NCBI GenBank assembly: GCA_021792255.1
Contig: JAJYUZ010000003.1
Span: forward strand, 32,001-96,000
Source: Thermoplasmata archaeon
GTDB lineage: Archaea; Thermoplasmatota; Thermoplasmata; Thermoplasmatales; GCA-001856825
Direction: 5' to 3'
Length of the DNA: 64,000 bases
Part shown: positions 18,984 through 28,202 of the stretch, in pieces
Layout: each line of letters starts with the position of its first letter
Numbering within the stretch: the first letter of the stretch is position 1
Translations under genes and position numbers: made by a program
The notes under the pieces: generated by a model
Told to the model about the DNA's origin: nothing
What the model saw: the letters and a program-made list of their open reading frames with translations, nothing else
The model's database searches: none

Positions 18984-19216
18984 TCACGTTCCCTCTAGAG
19001 TTTCGTGTTGTAAGGGGTTTTGGTTACTTTAATTTTATTGTCTGATGACTATTCAATCATCTTCATCTCATTTAAGGGGCGACCAAGGGCAAACCTTCAC
19101 TTTCAGCGAAATAAGGCCCCTCGTTTCGAACTCGCCAGGTAATTGATAGATCTTTAGAGAAAAACGAGACAATTTTGAGCTAAACCTGAATATGTGTCTC
19201 AACTTGGCGTTAAGGA

Positions 19217-19224
19217 TTTATAAG
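19217..19224 (+). promoter_or_regulatory. TATA box of tRNA-Glu
   Basis: TTTATAAG about 25-30 nt upstream of the tRNA 5' end. Confidence 0.55.
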
Positions 19225-19247
19225 AAGCTAGGTTATCGTTCGTTCAA

Positions 19248-19322
19248 GCTCCGGTGGTGTAGTCCGGCCAAGCATATCGGCCTTTCGAGCCGACGACTCG
19301 GGTCCAAATCCCGGCCGGAGCA
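19248..19322 (+). tRNA. tRNA-Glu (TTC)
   Basis: Acceptor GCTCCGG/CCGGAGC+A; anticodon arm TCGGC-CTTTCGA-GCCGA; T-loop TCCAAAT; no encoded CCA. Confidence 0.93.
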
Positions 19323-19450
19323 TTCTTCATTGACTTTCGATCTGTTTCGTGGTATGAGAGTTGATTCATTCGCTACAAATGAAGTAGCCATCGCAATAAG
19401 TAGGTGTATTGTTACAAAATTCATTAATACTTCTTTTGCAATTGAAAGAC

Positions 19451-19729
19451 ATGAGTTTCCCGGGTGACTTCAGAGAAGCACTGGAGAGGGCACTTGAGAA
19501 TGAAGAACAAAATTCCATAGGATACTGTTTCATTTCTTTAGACTCTGGAGATTGTTACTACAATATGCTGTGGGCATTCAATAATACTGCCTTTTCTACA
19601 TTCAAAAAGCACTTTAACCGAGTGTATACGCCCGAGGAATTTAATGAGCTTAGCTATATAGTAAATGAAAGAATTGAGAAGTTCCTCGAGAAATTCCCTA
19701 GGTTTAGAGTGGGAGACCCTAGATTATAG
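19451..19729 (+). CDS. hypothetical protein
   Basis: 92-aa AT-rich ORF downstream of tRNA-Glu. Confidence 0.5.
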   Translation: MSFPGDFREALERALENEEQNSIGYCFISLDSGDCYYNMLWAFNNTAFSTFKKHFNRVYTPEEFNELSYIVNERIEKFLEKFPRFRVGDPRL

Positions 19730-19838
19730 TAAGTTGCCGCCACTGGCTATGCCTTTCAGATTGATTCAAAAATACAAGTGAAGATGCGTTGTCCAATCTT
19801 GGGAGGAAGTATTTAATAGGACTTGCAAATCGAACGCT

Positions 19839-20408
19839 GTGATTTTGAGTTATTTCTACCTATCTCTCATCGGTTACGTTCTGGGACTTTCACTTGCCGT
19901 TCCACCGGGTCCAGTCAACGCAATAATCATGAACGAATCCTCAAAATCGATGTTCCACGGAACCAGCGTAGGAGCAGGAGCAATGACGGCCGATCTTGCT
20001 TTCTTGATAGCACTCTATTTTGGAAGGGTCATCATTCCTGTCTGGGCTTTCAAGTATCTCTACATTTTTGGAGCGGCGGTCATGGTTTACCTATCCATAT
20101 CGGTTATTAGATCAAAGATGCCATCGAAGACTCCTAAGGGAAATTACTTCGTTGGGCTGTCCATGGGGCTCACTAACCCATTTCAGATTATCTGGTGGGT
20201 GACTGTTGGTCTGTTTCTTATCGAAAGAATGACCATTCTTTCAGTTGTAGGATTCTTTTTTGGAATATTGACTTGGATACTTGCTTTCCCATACGCCATG
20301 AACAAGATAGGCAGTAGATATTCACCACTGTTGAAAGTCTTCTCGTTCCTGATTCTCATCATATTTGCTGCGGTGATGTTGACCTACGGGATTGGTTCAT
20401 TTTTTTGA
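19839..20408 (+). CDS. LysE family translocator
   Basis: GLSLAVPPGPVN, G.GAMTAD, GL...LTNP. Confidence 0.88.
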   Translation: MILSYFYLSLIGYVLGLSLAVPPGPVNAIIMNESSKSMFHGTSVGAGAMTADLAFLIALYFGRVIIPVWAFKYLYIFGAAVMVYLSISVIRSKMPSKTPKGNYFVGLSMGLTNPFQIIWWVTVGLFLIERMTILSVVGFFFGILTWILAFPYAMNKIGSRYSPLLKVFSFLILIIFAAVMLTYGIGSFF

Positions 20409-20571
20409 AAGTGTTATGCATGAAAGGCAGTCTCTAACGACTTAAATGGCGTTGCGATTATAATATCAATTTCTTTAATCTCTACGTCTTGAGTTCTCCT
20501 TGTCGTTTCCGTTCCAGTCTAATTTTAGCTTAAAGGTTTAATATTTCATAGTTAATACTCTTCTGATATAA

Positions 20572-21177
20572 ATGCCAGGAACCGAACAACAGAAAGACTG
20601 GTTTTCTAAGCTTGACGAGCAACTCACCAAGAAAGAAAAGGAAGTATTGAAAGACAGTTCACTCACAACGGGTAAAAAATCAGAATTCAACAAGAAAATC
20701 CTTACCGATTTATGGAAAACTTGGGTCAGATTCAACAAGCAAAATATCCATTTCACCATCGATCCTCCTCCGAATAAATGGCTCGAATTTACGAGTTATC
20801 CGGAGAAATTCCAGCTGAGCAACGACTTCTTTTTCGAGAACGTCAGTAACATCACCTTCAAGGATACAGCAGCCGAGGTGGAGAGGGTAGGAGACTCTCT
20901 GAAGATACTATACAAGAGGGAAGAAAACGAAACAGTTTCAGCGCTGTTTGAGTTCTCGGAAGGGGAAAAGTACGATAGATACACGGGATGGCATCGATAT
21001 TTCACTCAGTATGTCCTTTACGAGTCCCCCATGAAGGGGGCCAAGATCGAAGAGCTTGAGGAAGTACTTCTTAGCATAATGACCAAATGGTACGAGAGCC
21101 AGCTCAGGAGAAACAGGGAACTGATAATAGAAGAGATAAAAGGTAACTACAAGAAGGGTGAAACATTTATTGAGTGA
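20572..21177 (+). CDS. hypothetical soluble protein
   Basis: 201-aa ORF with typical composition and an upstream AT-rich promoter; overlaps the next gene. Confidence 0.7.
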   Translation: MPGTEQQKDWFSKLDEQLTKKEKEVLKDSSLTTGKKSEFNKKILTDLWKTWVRFNKQNIHFTIDPPPNKWLEFTSYPEKFQLSNDFFFENVSNITFKDTAAEVERVGDSLKILYKREENETVSALFEFSEGEKYDRYTGWHRYFTQYVLYESPMKGAKIEELEEVLLSIMTKWYESQLRRNRELIIEEIKGNYKKGETFIE

Positions 21178-21847
21178 TGGAGGGCAGTTAATCTACCTCC
21201 AGGGCATAGAAAGTTCCTACATCAAAGAGATAGACGTCAAGGTTCTTGGATATGAAAGCGGAGGCTACATTCTGGACAAGACCATTATGCATTACCAGGG
21301 AGGAGGTCAACCGGGGGATAGGGGGATGCTCGTGTCTGGTGATTTGAACATTCCAATCTACAACGTCAAAAAGAAAGGGAAGAACGTGCTGCACCTCTCC
21401 ACACTAGAAACACAAATTGACAAGGGCAAACTTGTCCTAGACTGGGAGAGGAGATACAAGATTATGAAAATGCACACGCTGCAGCACGCAATTTCTGCAG
21501 TCATTTTCAGGGACGGATACGGCTCGCTGATAACGGAAGTTTTTCCAGGGTACGGATTCATCGAAAGCAATTCTTCAGATATCAAGATAAGAAAAGATGG
21601 CTACAAAATCAATGAAATGAATAAGAGCTTGAAACGATACTCGGTGAGTCGAGAAAATCTTGATCCGAAACTGATGGCACGATGCAACCTTGACAAACTC
21701 CCGAAATCGGTCAACGAGGTGTCAGTTGTGGAAATAGAGGGTCTGGATTCGTGCGCTTGCGCAGGAACACACTTAAAGAACACTTCAGAGATAGGAAACT
21801 ACTGGGTGCGGACCCCGGGGAAGAGGGTCGAGTTTGGACTATTCTGA
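21158..21847 (+). CDS. AlaX-like tRNA editing protein (divergent)
   Basis: GGGQPGDRG, HTLQH (HxxxH) and CAGTH (CxxxH). Confidence 0.82.
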   Translation: MKHLLSDGGQLIYLQGIESSYIKEIDVKVLGYESGGYILDKTIMHYQGGGQPGDRGMLVSGDLNIPIYNVKKKGKNVLHLSTLETQIDKGKLVLDWERRYKIMKMHTLQHAISAVIFRDGYGSLITEVFPGYGFIESNSSDIKIRKDGYKINEMNKSLKRYSVSRENLDPKLMARCNLDKLPKSVNEVSVVEIEGLDSCACAGTHLKNTSEIGNYWVRTPGKRVEFGLF

Positions 21848-21854
21848 GCTGCCC

Positions 21855-22550
21855 TCACTGAAACAGTTCTGATTTTGCTAGTATCTCAATTCCGTTAGAT
21901 CCTATGCTATATGGTCGGGCCTTTCTGTCGTGATTCGTCAGGCGCATCTTCAGAACTCTGATAATGCTTGTTGTTGACCCGAGGTTATCGTCGTACTTGT
22001 TTTGCAGTGAAATCACGCCGTCAGAAACGAATTCAGCGAGTCCTTCTCTGCTTGAATAAGGGAACGAGACGCTCGATTCTGCCAGGAGCATTGAGGTCAC
22101 TTTGAGGTCTCTTAGAGCGTTTGAGAGATTGATAATCACATTTCGCTTGAGCACGTCGTTTTCAGCCACCATCAGAATCAGGGAGATGCTGTCTATCACT
22201 ATTCTCTTTGGCCCGAGAGATTCGAGACTCGACTTAAAATTCTCTTCCGTCTTAAGCATCTCAACAAACTCGACCGTGTCCGGATTGAGGAGGAATAGGT
22301 TCTTGTCGAGATAAGGGGTAAAATCTCTGTTGTAGGACTTTGATGCCAGAATTACACTCTCCTTTCTCTCTTCTAGCGTAAAATAGACCACTTTCTCGCC
22401 TTTGACCGCACCTTTGTGAGCAAAATGTATACCCATAGTCGTCTTTCCAGCCCCGTAGCTCCCGAGCACCAGAGTGGAACTCCCCTCGGGAATCCCTCCT
22501 CCAAGCATCGTGTTCAGTCCATCCACACCTGTGTCCACGTTTTCCATCAT
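21855..22550 (-). CDS. KaiC/RAD55-family single-domain ATPase
   Basis: TGVDGLN.MLGGG, GSYGAGKT, TLEE, VIDS, KMR. Confidence 0.9.
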   Translation of the reverse strand: MMENVDTGVDGLNTMLGGGIPEGSSTLVLGSYGAGKTTMGIHFAHKGAVKGEKVVYFTLEERKESVILASKSYNRDFTPYLDKNLFLLNPDTVEFVEMLKTEENFKSSLESLGPKRIVIDSISLILMVAENDVLKRNVIINLSNALRDLKVTSMLLAESSVSFPYSSREGLAEFVSDGVISLQNKYDDNLGSTTSIIRVLKMRLTNHDRKARPYSIGSNGIEILAKSELFQ

Positions 22551-23347
22551 TTCACCTTGGTTGTGTTTAGTACAATCATTCCTGTCTTGTAATCAAATTC
22601 GGTATCGAATCTCTCAATCTTTTCTCTTTCTATAAGAGGCAGGACACCTGTGAATCTTGGAATAGTAACGTACCTCTTTCTCTTGCTGGACTTGTCGGTC
22701 GTATTCCATTCGAAAATTAGTGTACCGTCGAAAATCTCCATCATAATGTTCTCAGCCCTTCTTTCAATTATGTTAGAGGTCATCAGCACGTATACTATGG
22801 AATTCCACATCTTGCTCGCTCTAGAGATTCCTCTCGATATGTCGAACATCGTCTTTTCATCGAGATATTTGCTGGTGACAAGGTCCGTAAAAGAGTCTAT
22901 AATGATCAGCTTGTTCTTCCCGGCCTTTTCAATTTCCTTTATGAACGACGAAACCAAATTTTCCCTATCCCTTATAGTACCCCCGCCGATCCAGGAAGTT
23001 GGAATTTGAGTCTGTGAATAGTAGAGCCGTGAGAAATCGAGGATAGCAATTCTCTTCCTCAGACTCGAAGCTAGTCCCTCCTCCAATGATAGGGTCAGTA
23101 TCCTCATTATTTCATTTGCTGGTTTCGAAAAAGAAACGTAGAGAATTCCATCCGGAAACTCTATTTTGAAGTTCTCCAGTTCCCTTGGGATCTTTCCGTC
23201 AAGTGCTCTCGCTAAATTTACGGCAGATGTCAGGGAAAATTCGAAGTTTCCCGCCCCCGGCTCTCCAAGCAGCAAGACAGAACTCCCTTCGGGTATACCA
23301 CCCTTCATGATGTTGTCAAGAGACGGAACAAATGTTGGAACTTTCAT
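22547..23347 (-). CDS. KaiC/RAD55-family ATPase with degenerate Walker A
   Basis: LDNIMKGGIP, GEPGAGNFEF (Lys replaced by Asn), IIIDS. Confidence 0.82.
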   Translation of the reverse strand: MKVPTFVPSLDNIMKGGIPEGSSVLLLGEPGAGNFEFSLTSAVNLARALDGKIPRELENFKIEFPDGILYVSFSKPANEIMRILTLSLEEGLASSLRKRIAILDFSRLYYSQTQIPTSWIGGGTIRDRENLVSSFIKEIEKAGKNKLIIIDSFTDLVTSKYLDEKTMFDISRGISRASKMWNSIVYVLMTSNIIERRAENIMMEIFDGTLIFEWNTTDKSSKRKRYVTIPRFTGVLPLIEREKIERFDTEFDYKTGMIVLNTTKVK

Positions 23348-24282
23348 TGAGATGCGCCCGCATCTGCGATCGCTTTTTTGACTGCTTCAGTGCTGTCAAG
23401 TTCGTATCTCCAGCCATTTCTGAAAGCTTTTGTGATATCGAGTCCCATGAACTTTATGTCTCCGTTCCATCCAGCTCCCCCAGGTCCACCAAGAAAGTTT
23501 ATCTTGGCTCCGGGAGAATAACTGGATACTGTAAGTTCGGCGATCTGGGTCACCGATGTCCTTCCTCTGGTACCGAGGTTGAAAAGTCCATCTTCTTTCC
23601 CGTGTAGCTCGACTATACCTTTGACGCAGTCGTCAACGTAGATGTAAGACTTAGTCTGGGTCCCATCGCCCAGTACGTCTAGCACCGATCTATTCTTGGC
23701 CAACTTCTGGATGAAATCGTGGATTGCACCGTGCGTTCCCTTTCTGCCAACGACATTTGCGAACCTGAATATCGAAGATTTAAACCCATAGTTGCTAGAA
23801 AAGCTGAAGATGAATGCTTCTGCAGCGAGTTTTGACGCGCCATAGTGGGAGATCGGTTTCAGGGGTCCATAGATCTCTGGAGTGGGTATCACTTCCGCAT
23901 TCCCGTACACTGCACTTGTTGAGGAAAATACTAACTCTTTGACGTCCTTCGACCGCATCGCCTCAAGGACCGAGTGAGTGGCCTGAACGTTCTCTCTGAA
24001 GTCTATCTTGGAATCGTCAAATCCCTTTCTCACATCAGCATTTGCACTCAAGTGGAACACGACATCTACCCCCTCCATTTCTCTTTTAAGCAATTCCGTT
24101 TCCTTCACGTCGATCTTACTGAATGAGAAGCTCGAAGAAGATTGAAAATCTTTGATGTTTTTCATAATACCATTTGAGAGGTTGTCCACCCCAACCACGT
24201 GATTATCTTTCAATAGGTATTCGACGAGATTTGATCCGATAAATCCTGCGGCCCCCGTCACGAGTATCTTTTTGTTCTTCAC
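23344..24282 (-). CDS. NAD-dependent nucleotide-sugar epimerase/dehydratase (GalE-like)
   Basis: TGAAGFIGS, SST.AVYG, YGASK, R..NVVG. Confidence 0.9.
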   Translation of the reverse strand: MKNKKILVTGAAGFIGSNLVEYLLKDNHVVGVDNLSNGIMKNIKDFQSSSSFSFSKIDVKETELLKREMEGVDVVFHLSANADVRKGFDDSKIDFRENVQATHSVLEAMRSKDVKELVFSSTSAVYGNAEVIPTPEIYGPLKPISHYGASKLAAEAFIFSFSSNYGFKSSIFRFANVVGRKGTHGAIHDFIQKLAKNRSVLDVLGDGTQTKSYIYVDDCVKGIVELHGKEDGLFNLGTRGRTSVTQIAELTVSSYSPGAKINFLGGPGGAGWNGDIKFMGLDITKAFRNGWRYELDSTEAVKKAIADAGASQ

Positions 24283-24573
24283 CGTTGCACAATCATTGCA
24301 GAGTCTAAATATTTTCGATAGTCTATCAGGGTCAGATTTACGCTGATCTTGTTCTGTTCTTTAGCGGAAAAGGAAACACTCATTGCCGATATGCAACGGT
24401 TGTCGGTCACGAAGATGATGAAAGCAGGTTCAGAGAAGTAGTCAGAAAAGAACATCTCGTCTTGAGACACTCAGTTGGACGATACTGAGATTATTCTCAT
24501 CCATCGACCAAGTGAGTGAATCGATGATACGCTCCAGTGACGGTGAAATCATCGTGGGAAGTCTTTTTTTCAA

Positions 24574-26526
24574 CTAAGAATGCGCTAGGTCGACTGTTTT
24601 CAATTCCTTCCTGAATTTTTCGATGGATTCCTTTATCTCTTCCAAGGACGCTCCAGATTCCAGAGTCGAAATATCACCAGGCACTTGGTTCTGGTAGACC
24701 GCTTTCATGATTCTTCGCATGATCTTCCCGCTCCTAGTCTTTGGGAGTGAACCAACTATGTGAATTTCGTCTGGAATCAGCAGGGGTCCGAAATTATCTC
24801 TGACCTTATTCTTAATCGCTTCGACCGATGAGTCTAAATTGACCCCGCTCTTGAGAACCACGAAAGAAACTATGCTTTCTCCCTTTATCTGGTGAGGCTT
24901 ACCGAACACCCCGGCCTCTGCAATCACACCCGTCGACAAAAGAGCATCTTCGACTTCTATTGTTCCTATTCTGTGTCCTGAGATCTTGAGTACTTCGTCT
25001 GCCCTTCCCAGGAGCCAGTAGAATCCATCCTTGTCCTTGATCGCGTAGTCTCCAGTAAAGTAGTATTTTTTGGCGTTTCCAAAATACATCGTCCGATACT
25101 TCTCGTCTGCGTTGTTCAGTTCCAACATCAAGCCCGGCCAGGGTCTCTTCAAATAGAGCAAGCCCTTCTCACCAGCTTTGGCTTCTTTGCCATCACTGTT
25201 CATTATCACTGGATCAATCCCGGGGAGAGGGAGAGTAGCTGATCCGGGTTTCAGAGGACCATAGCCTATTCCCAGAGCAGGGCTGACCACGAATCCCCCA
25301 GTCTCTGTCTGCCAGTATGTATCAACGATCGGGCACTGACTGCTGCCTATCCGTTCGTAGTACCACTGCCATGCCGCAGGATTGATTGGTTCTCCGACGG
25401 TCCCAAGTACCCTGAGTGAAGACAGATCGTGACTTCTTGGGTACTCGTCTCCGTACTTCATCAGCGCACGTATCGCAGTAGGTGAAGTGTAAAGTATGTC
25501 AACCTCGTAGTAGGATATAATCTTCCACATCTGATCCGGACTGGGGTAGTCAAAGCTACCTTCGTAAAGAATAGAGGTAAGACCGAGGATAAGCGGTGCA
25601 AAAACGATATAGCTGTGTCCTGTGATCCAGCCGATGTCAGCTGCGCACCACCATCTGTCGTTTTCTTTGGGATCGAATGCCCACTTGAGTGTGTTCGTGA
25701 CCCAAACTCCGTATCCTCCTGTACCATGCACCACTCCTTTGGGTTTGCCAGTAGTTCCAGAGGTGTATAAAATGAATAGGGGATCGTTTGAATCCATGCG
25801 TTCCGGTTCGACGTAGTTCTTTACCTCCAAAAGGTCGTGGTACCAGTAATCCCTCCCTTCGACCATGTTCGTCTCGTGATTGGTATGCTTCACAACTATT
25901 ACGGTTTCCACCGTTGTCGTCAACTCTATTGCCCTGTCCACGGTCTCTTTTAGAGGAATGAATTTACCTCTTCGGTATCCTCCGTCTGCGGTGATTATCA
26001 TTTTTGCCCCACAGTCGTTTACCCTCTCCGCTATAGCCTCAGCACCAAATCCTGAGAATATTACGGTGAATACTGCACCGATCCTTGCAGCTGCAAGCAT
26101 CGCAACTGGTTCTTCTATTATCATTGGCAAATAGATTGCAATCCTGTCCCCTTTCCGTATTCCCATATCCAGGAGTGCTCTTGAGAATGAATTGACCCTG
26201 TTGTAGAGGCCGTTGTACGTGACTATCTTCTCGTCCCCCTTCTCATTGACCCAGATGAAGGCGGCTTTGTTCCTCCTTGATCCACTCGAATGCCTGTCTA
26301 AGGCATTGTAGCTCAGATTTAGCTTGCCATTAACATACCAGCGATAGTACGGCTCTTTGGACTTATCGAGTACCTTGTCCCACTTTGAGTACCAGTCCAG
26401 CAAAAATCCCGCTTCTTCAAAGAACTTATCGGGAGTTTCTAAAGATTCTTTGTACGTCTTTGCATATCTTCCCACGCCGGGATTCATAAAAGAGTCGAAC
26501 GGAAGTGGATTTGATTCCTTCTTCAT
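24574..26526 (-). CDS. acs: acetyl-CoA synthetase (AMP-forming)
   Basis: YTSGTTGKPKG, ADIGWITGHSY, DTYWQTETG, PKTRSGKIMRR. Confidence 0.95.
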   Translation of the reverse strand: MKKESNPLPFDSFMNPGVGRYAKTYKESLETPDKFFEEAGFLLDWYSKWDKVLDKSKEPYYRWYVNGKLNLSYNALDRHSSGSRRNKAAFIWVNEKGDEKIVTYNGLYNRVNSFSRALLDMGIRKGDRIAIYLPMIIEEPVAMLAAARIGAVFTVIFSGFGAEAIAERVNDCGAKMIITADGGYRRGKFIPLKETVDRAIELTTTVETVIVVKHTNHETNMVEGRDYWYHDLLEVKNYVEPERMDSNDPLFILYTSGTTGKPKGVVHGTGGYGVWVTNTLKWAFDPKENDRWWCAADIGWITGHSYIVFAPLILGLTSILYEGSFDYPSPDQMWKIISYYEVDILYTSPTAIRALMKYGDEYPRSHDLSSLRVLGTVGEPINPAAWQWYYERIGSSQCPIVDTYWQTETGGFVVSPALGIGYGPLKPGSATLPLPGIDPVIMNSDGKEAKAGEKGLLYLKRPWPGLMLELNNADEKYRTMYFGNAKKYYFTGDYAIKDKDGFYWLLGRADEVLKISGHRIGTIEVEDALLSTGVIAEAGVFGKPHQIKGESIVSFVVLKSGVNLDSSVEAIKNKVRDNFGPLLIPDEIHIVGSLPKTRSGKIMRRIMKAVYQNQVPGDISTLESGASLEEIKESIEKFRKELKTVDLAHS

Positions 26527-26556
26527 GAGACCTATTTTAAAATCACGTATTTAAAA

Positions 26557-27081
26557 TTATTTCGTTCTATGCTTAGATAATTCAAGAAACTTCGATATGA
26601 CTCTGGCGGTCAACCCCCATATTATGCCCTGCTTGAACTTGTACGAAATGCCCATAAATTCCTCAGATCTTTCTAGCTCAGACAGTTCCAGCCACGTGAG
26701 ATATTCGGATTCGGAGGAGGGTACGAATGAGACGAGTTTTGGGATTTCAAAAACGTATGCGTAGACCTGCATGTTCTGCCTATTTCCTGGTACAAATGGT
26801 CCGAAGTGCCCCAGATATTTTGCATTTCTCTTTAGATCGATACCGGTCTCTTCGAAAGTTTCCCTAATAGCAGTCGATTTTAGGATTTCGTCCCCCTCAG
26901 TGTAGTGACCACCTGGAAGAGAGAACTGACCCGACCAAGGATCGTCTTTGCTTGTGGTTCTCTTTTCAACTACCAACTTGTCATCGCAGAAGACTATCGC
27001 GACTGCTGCGTATTCCTTGTCAGAACTCATATGAACTATTTCGCTCGTGTTCTCCCACCCTACTGCTTCTGGAAGATGCAT
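26557..27081 (-). CDS. Nudix hydrolase, CoA pyrophosphatase-like
   Basis: DPWSGQ.SLPGG, AIRETFEETG Nudix box, IWGLT. The true start may be the internal MSSDKE. Confidence 0.85.
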   Translation of the reverse strand: MHLPEAVGWENTSEIVHMSSDKEYAAVAIVFCDDKLVVEKRTTSKDDPWSGQFSLPGGHYTEGDEILKSTAIRETFEETGIDLKRNAKYLGHFGPFVPGNRQNMQVYAYVFEIPKLVSFVPSSESEYLTWLELSELERSEEFMGISYKFKQGIIWGLTARVISKFLELSKHRTK

Positions 27082-27348
27082 TCGATGCTTATACGAATAG
27101 TACTACAAAATGATAGTGGCATTACTTCATACCTGGAAAACCGGCTAATATTCTTCAGGAATTCTTCTTGTTTGTTGGAGACATCCTGTAATATTTTTAT
27201 CGCAATTAATAATTATTCTCCGTATAACGTTCTGAATTTCTAATTTCATTGAATAAAGGATCGGAGATGTGTGACTTCCAAAAGAGAGAAGTATTAAAAG
27301 CGATAGTAACAAGGAGAAGTGGTGTGTACATCTTAATCTAATAGACGA

Positions 27349-27422
27349 GGCCGGGACCGGGATTTGAACCCGGGTCCGGGGATCCACAGTCCCCAAGGAT
27401 GCACCGCTACCCCATCCCGGCC
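27349..27422 (-). tRNA. tRNA-His (GTG), with genomically encoded G-1
   Basis: G-GCCGGGA...TCCCGGC-C; anticodon arm GGGGA-CTGTGGA-TCCCC; T-loop TTCAAAT. Confidence 0.95.
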
Positions 27423-27479
27423 ATGTTCCCTCAAATACTTCTCGGCTAAAATATTTACCAAGGGCAGGGATAGAGGCAC

Positions 27480-28148
27480 GTGACCTCAGATAAAGCAATC
27501 TTCCTTGACTTCTCTAACACGATTACGACTGTGTCTTCAGAGAATAATTCTATCAAGAAATGGCTCGATTTAATAAAAGAGAAGTATCAGATAAATGGAG
27601 ATATGCATGCAACTTTTGCAAAGAAGAGACTTGCAAAACTCGTAGACAGGGAAAAGAAGTTCAGGACATTCATGCAGATTAATCATGATGTTCTCTTAGA
27701 ACTTTATGGAATATCGGAGATTTACGAAGAGGAATACTACAGGTTTCACGAAGAAAATCTAAGACTCAGACCGGATTTCGTTGATTTCATAACTGGGGTC
27801 CAGAGGAGTTTTCAAATAATAATGGTCACAGATGCCGACAATATTTACACCGACAGGACACTCTCAGCACTTGGGATCACAAGATACTTCGACTCTATCA
27901 TTACCGCGGAGAAAGTTGGAGCTCCGAAGCCAGACTCAAGGATTTTCAAGTCTGCATTGATGGCAGCACACAACCCTTCTAGAGTAGTTTTCATCGGAGA
28001 TTCTGAGAGAAGGGATATCGAAGGAGCAAAGAATATGAAATTCTTCACGTTGAAAATGGATGATGATTCTGGTCCCACTATTGCAGACAGGACTGTTCAT
28101 AACTTCTTGGAAGTCTCCCGTATAATTGAAACAGACAATCTGTTCTAA
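27480..28148 (+). CDS. HAD-superfamily hydrolase
   Basis: FLDFSNT, KPD.RIF, IGDS..RDI.GA. Confidence 0.85.
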   Translation: MTSDKAIFLDFSNTITTVSSENNSIKKWLDLIKEKYQINGDMHATFAKKRLAKLVDREKKFRTFMQINHDVLLELYGISEIYEEEYYRFHEENLRLRPDFVDFITGVQRSFQIIMVTDADNIYTDRTLSALGITRYFDSIITAEKVGAPKPDSRIFKSALMAAHNPSRVVFIGDSERRDIEGAKNMKFFTLKMDDDSGPTIADRTVHNFLEVSRIIETDNLF

Positions 28149-28202
28149 TTCCGCTCACTAGATATTGGCTGCTAAAAATTTTTGACTACCTGTATCGATC
28201 AT

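Noticed and set aside
19042-19175. CTGATGA...GAAA hammerhead core, and GGGCAAACC resembling a c-di-GMP-I riboswitch
   Set aside because: There is no NUH cleavage triplet or proper stem II, and the downstream GACGCAAAG and P3 elements are missing.
27082-27348. AT-rich stretch 3' of tRNA-His with short ORF fragments
   Set aside because: No recognisable motif; cannot be supported as a gene or pseudogene by eye.
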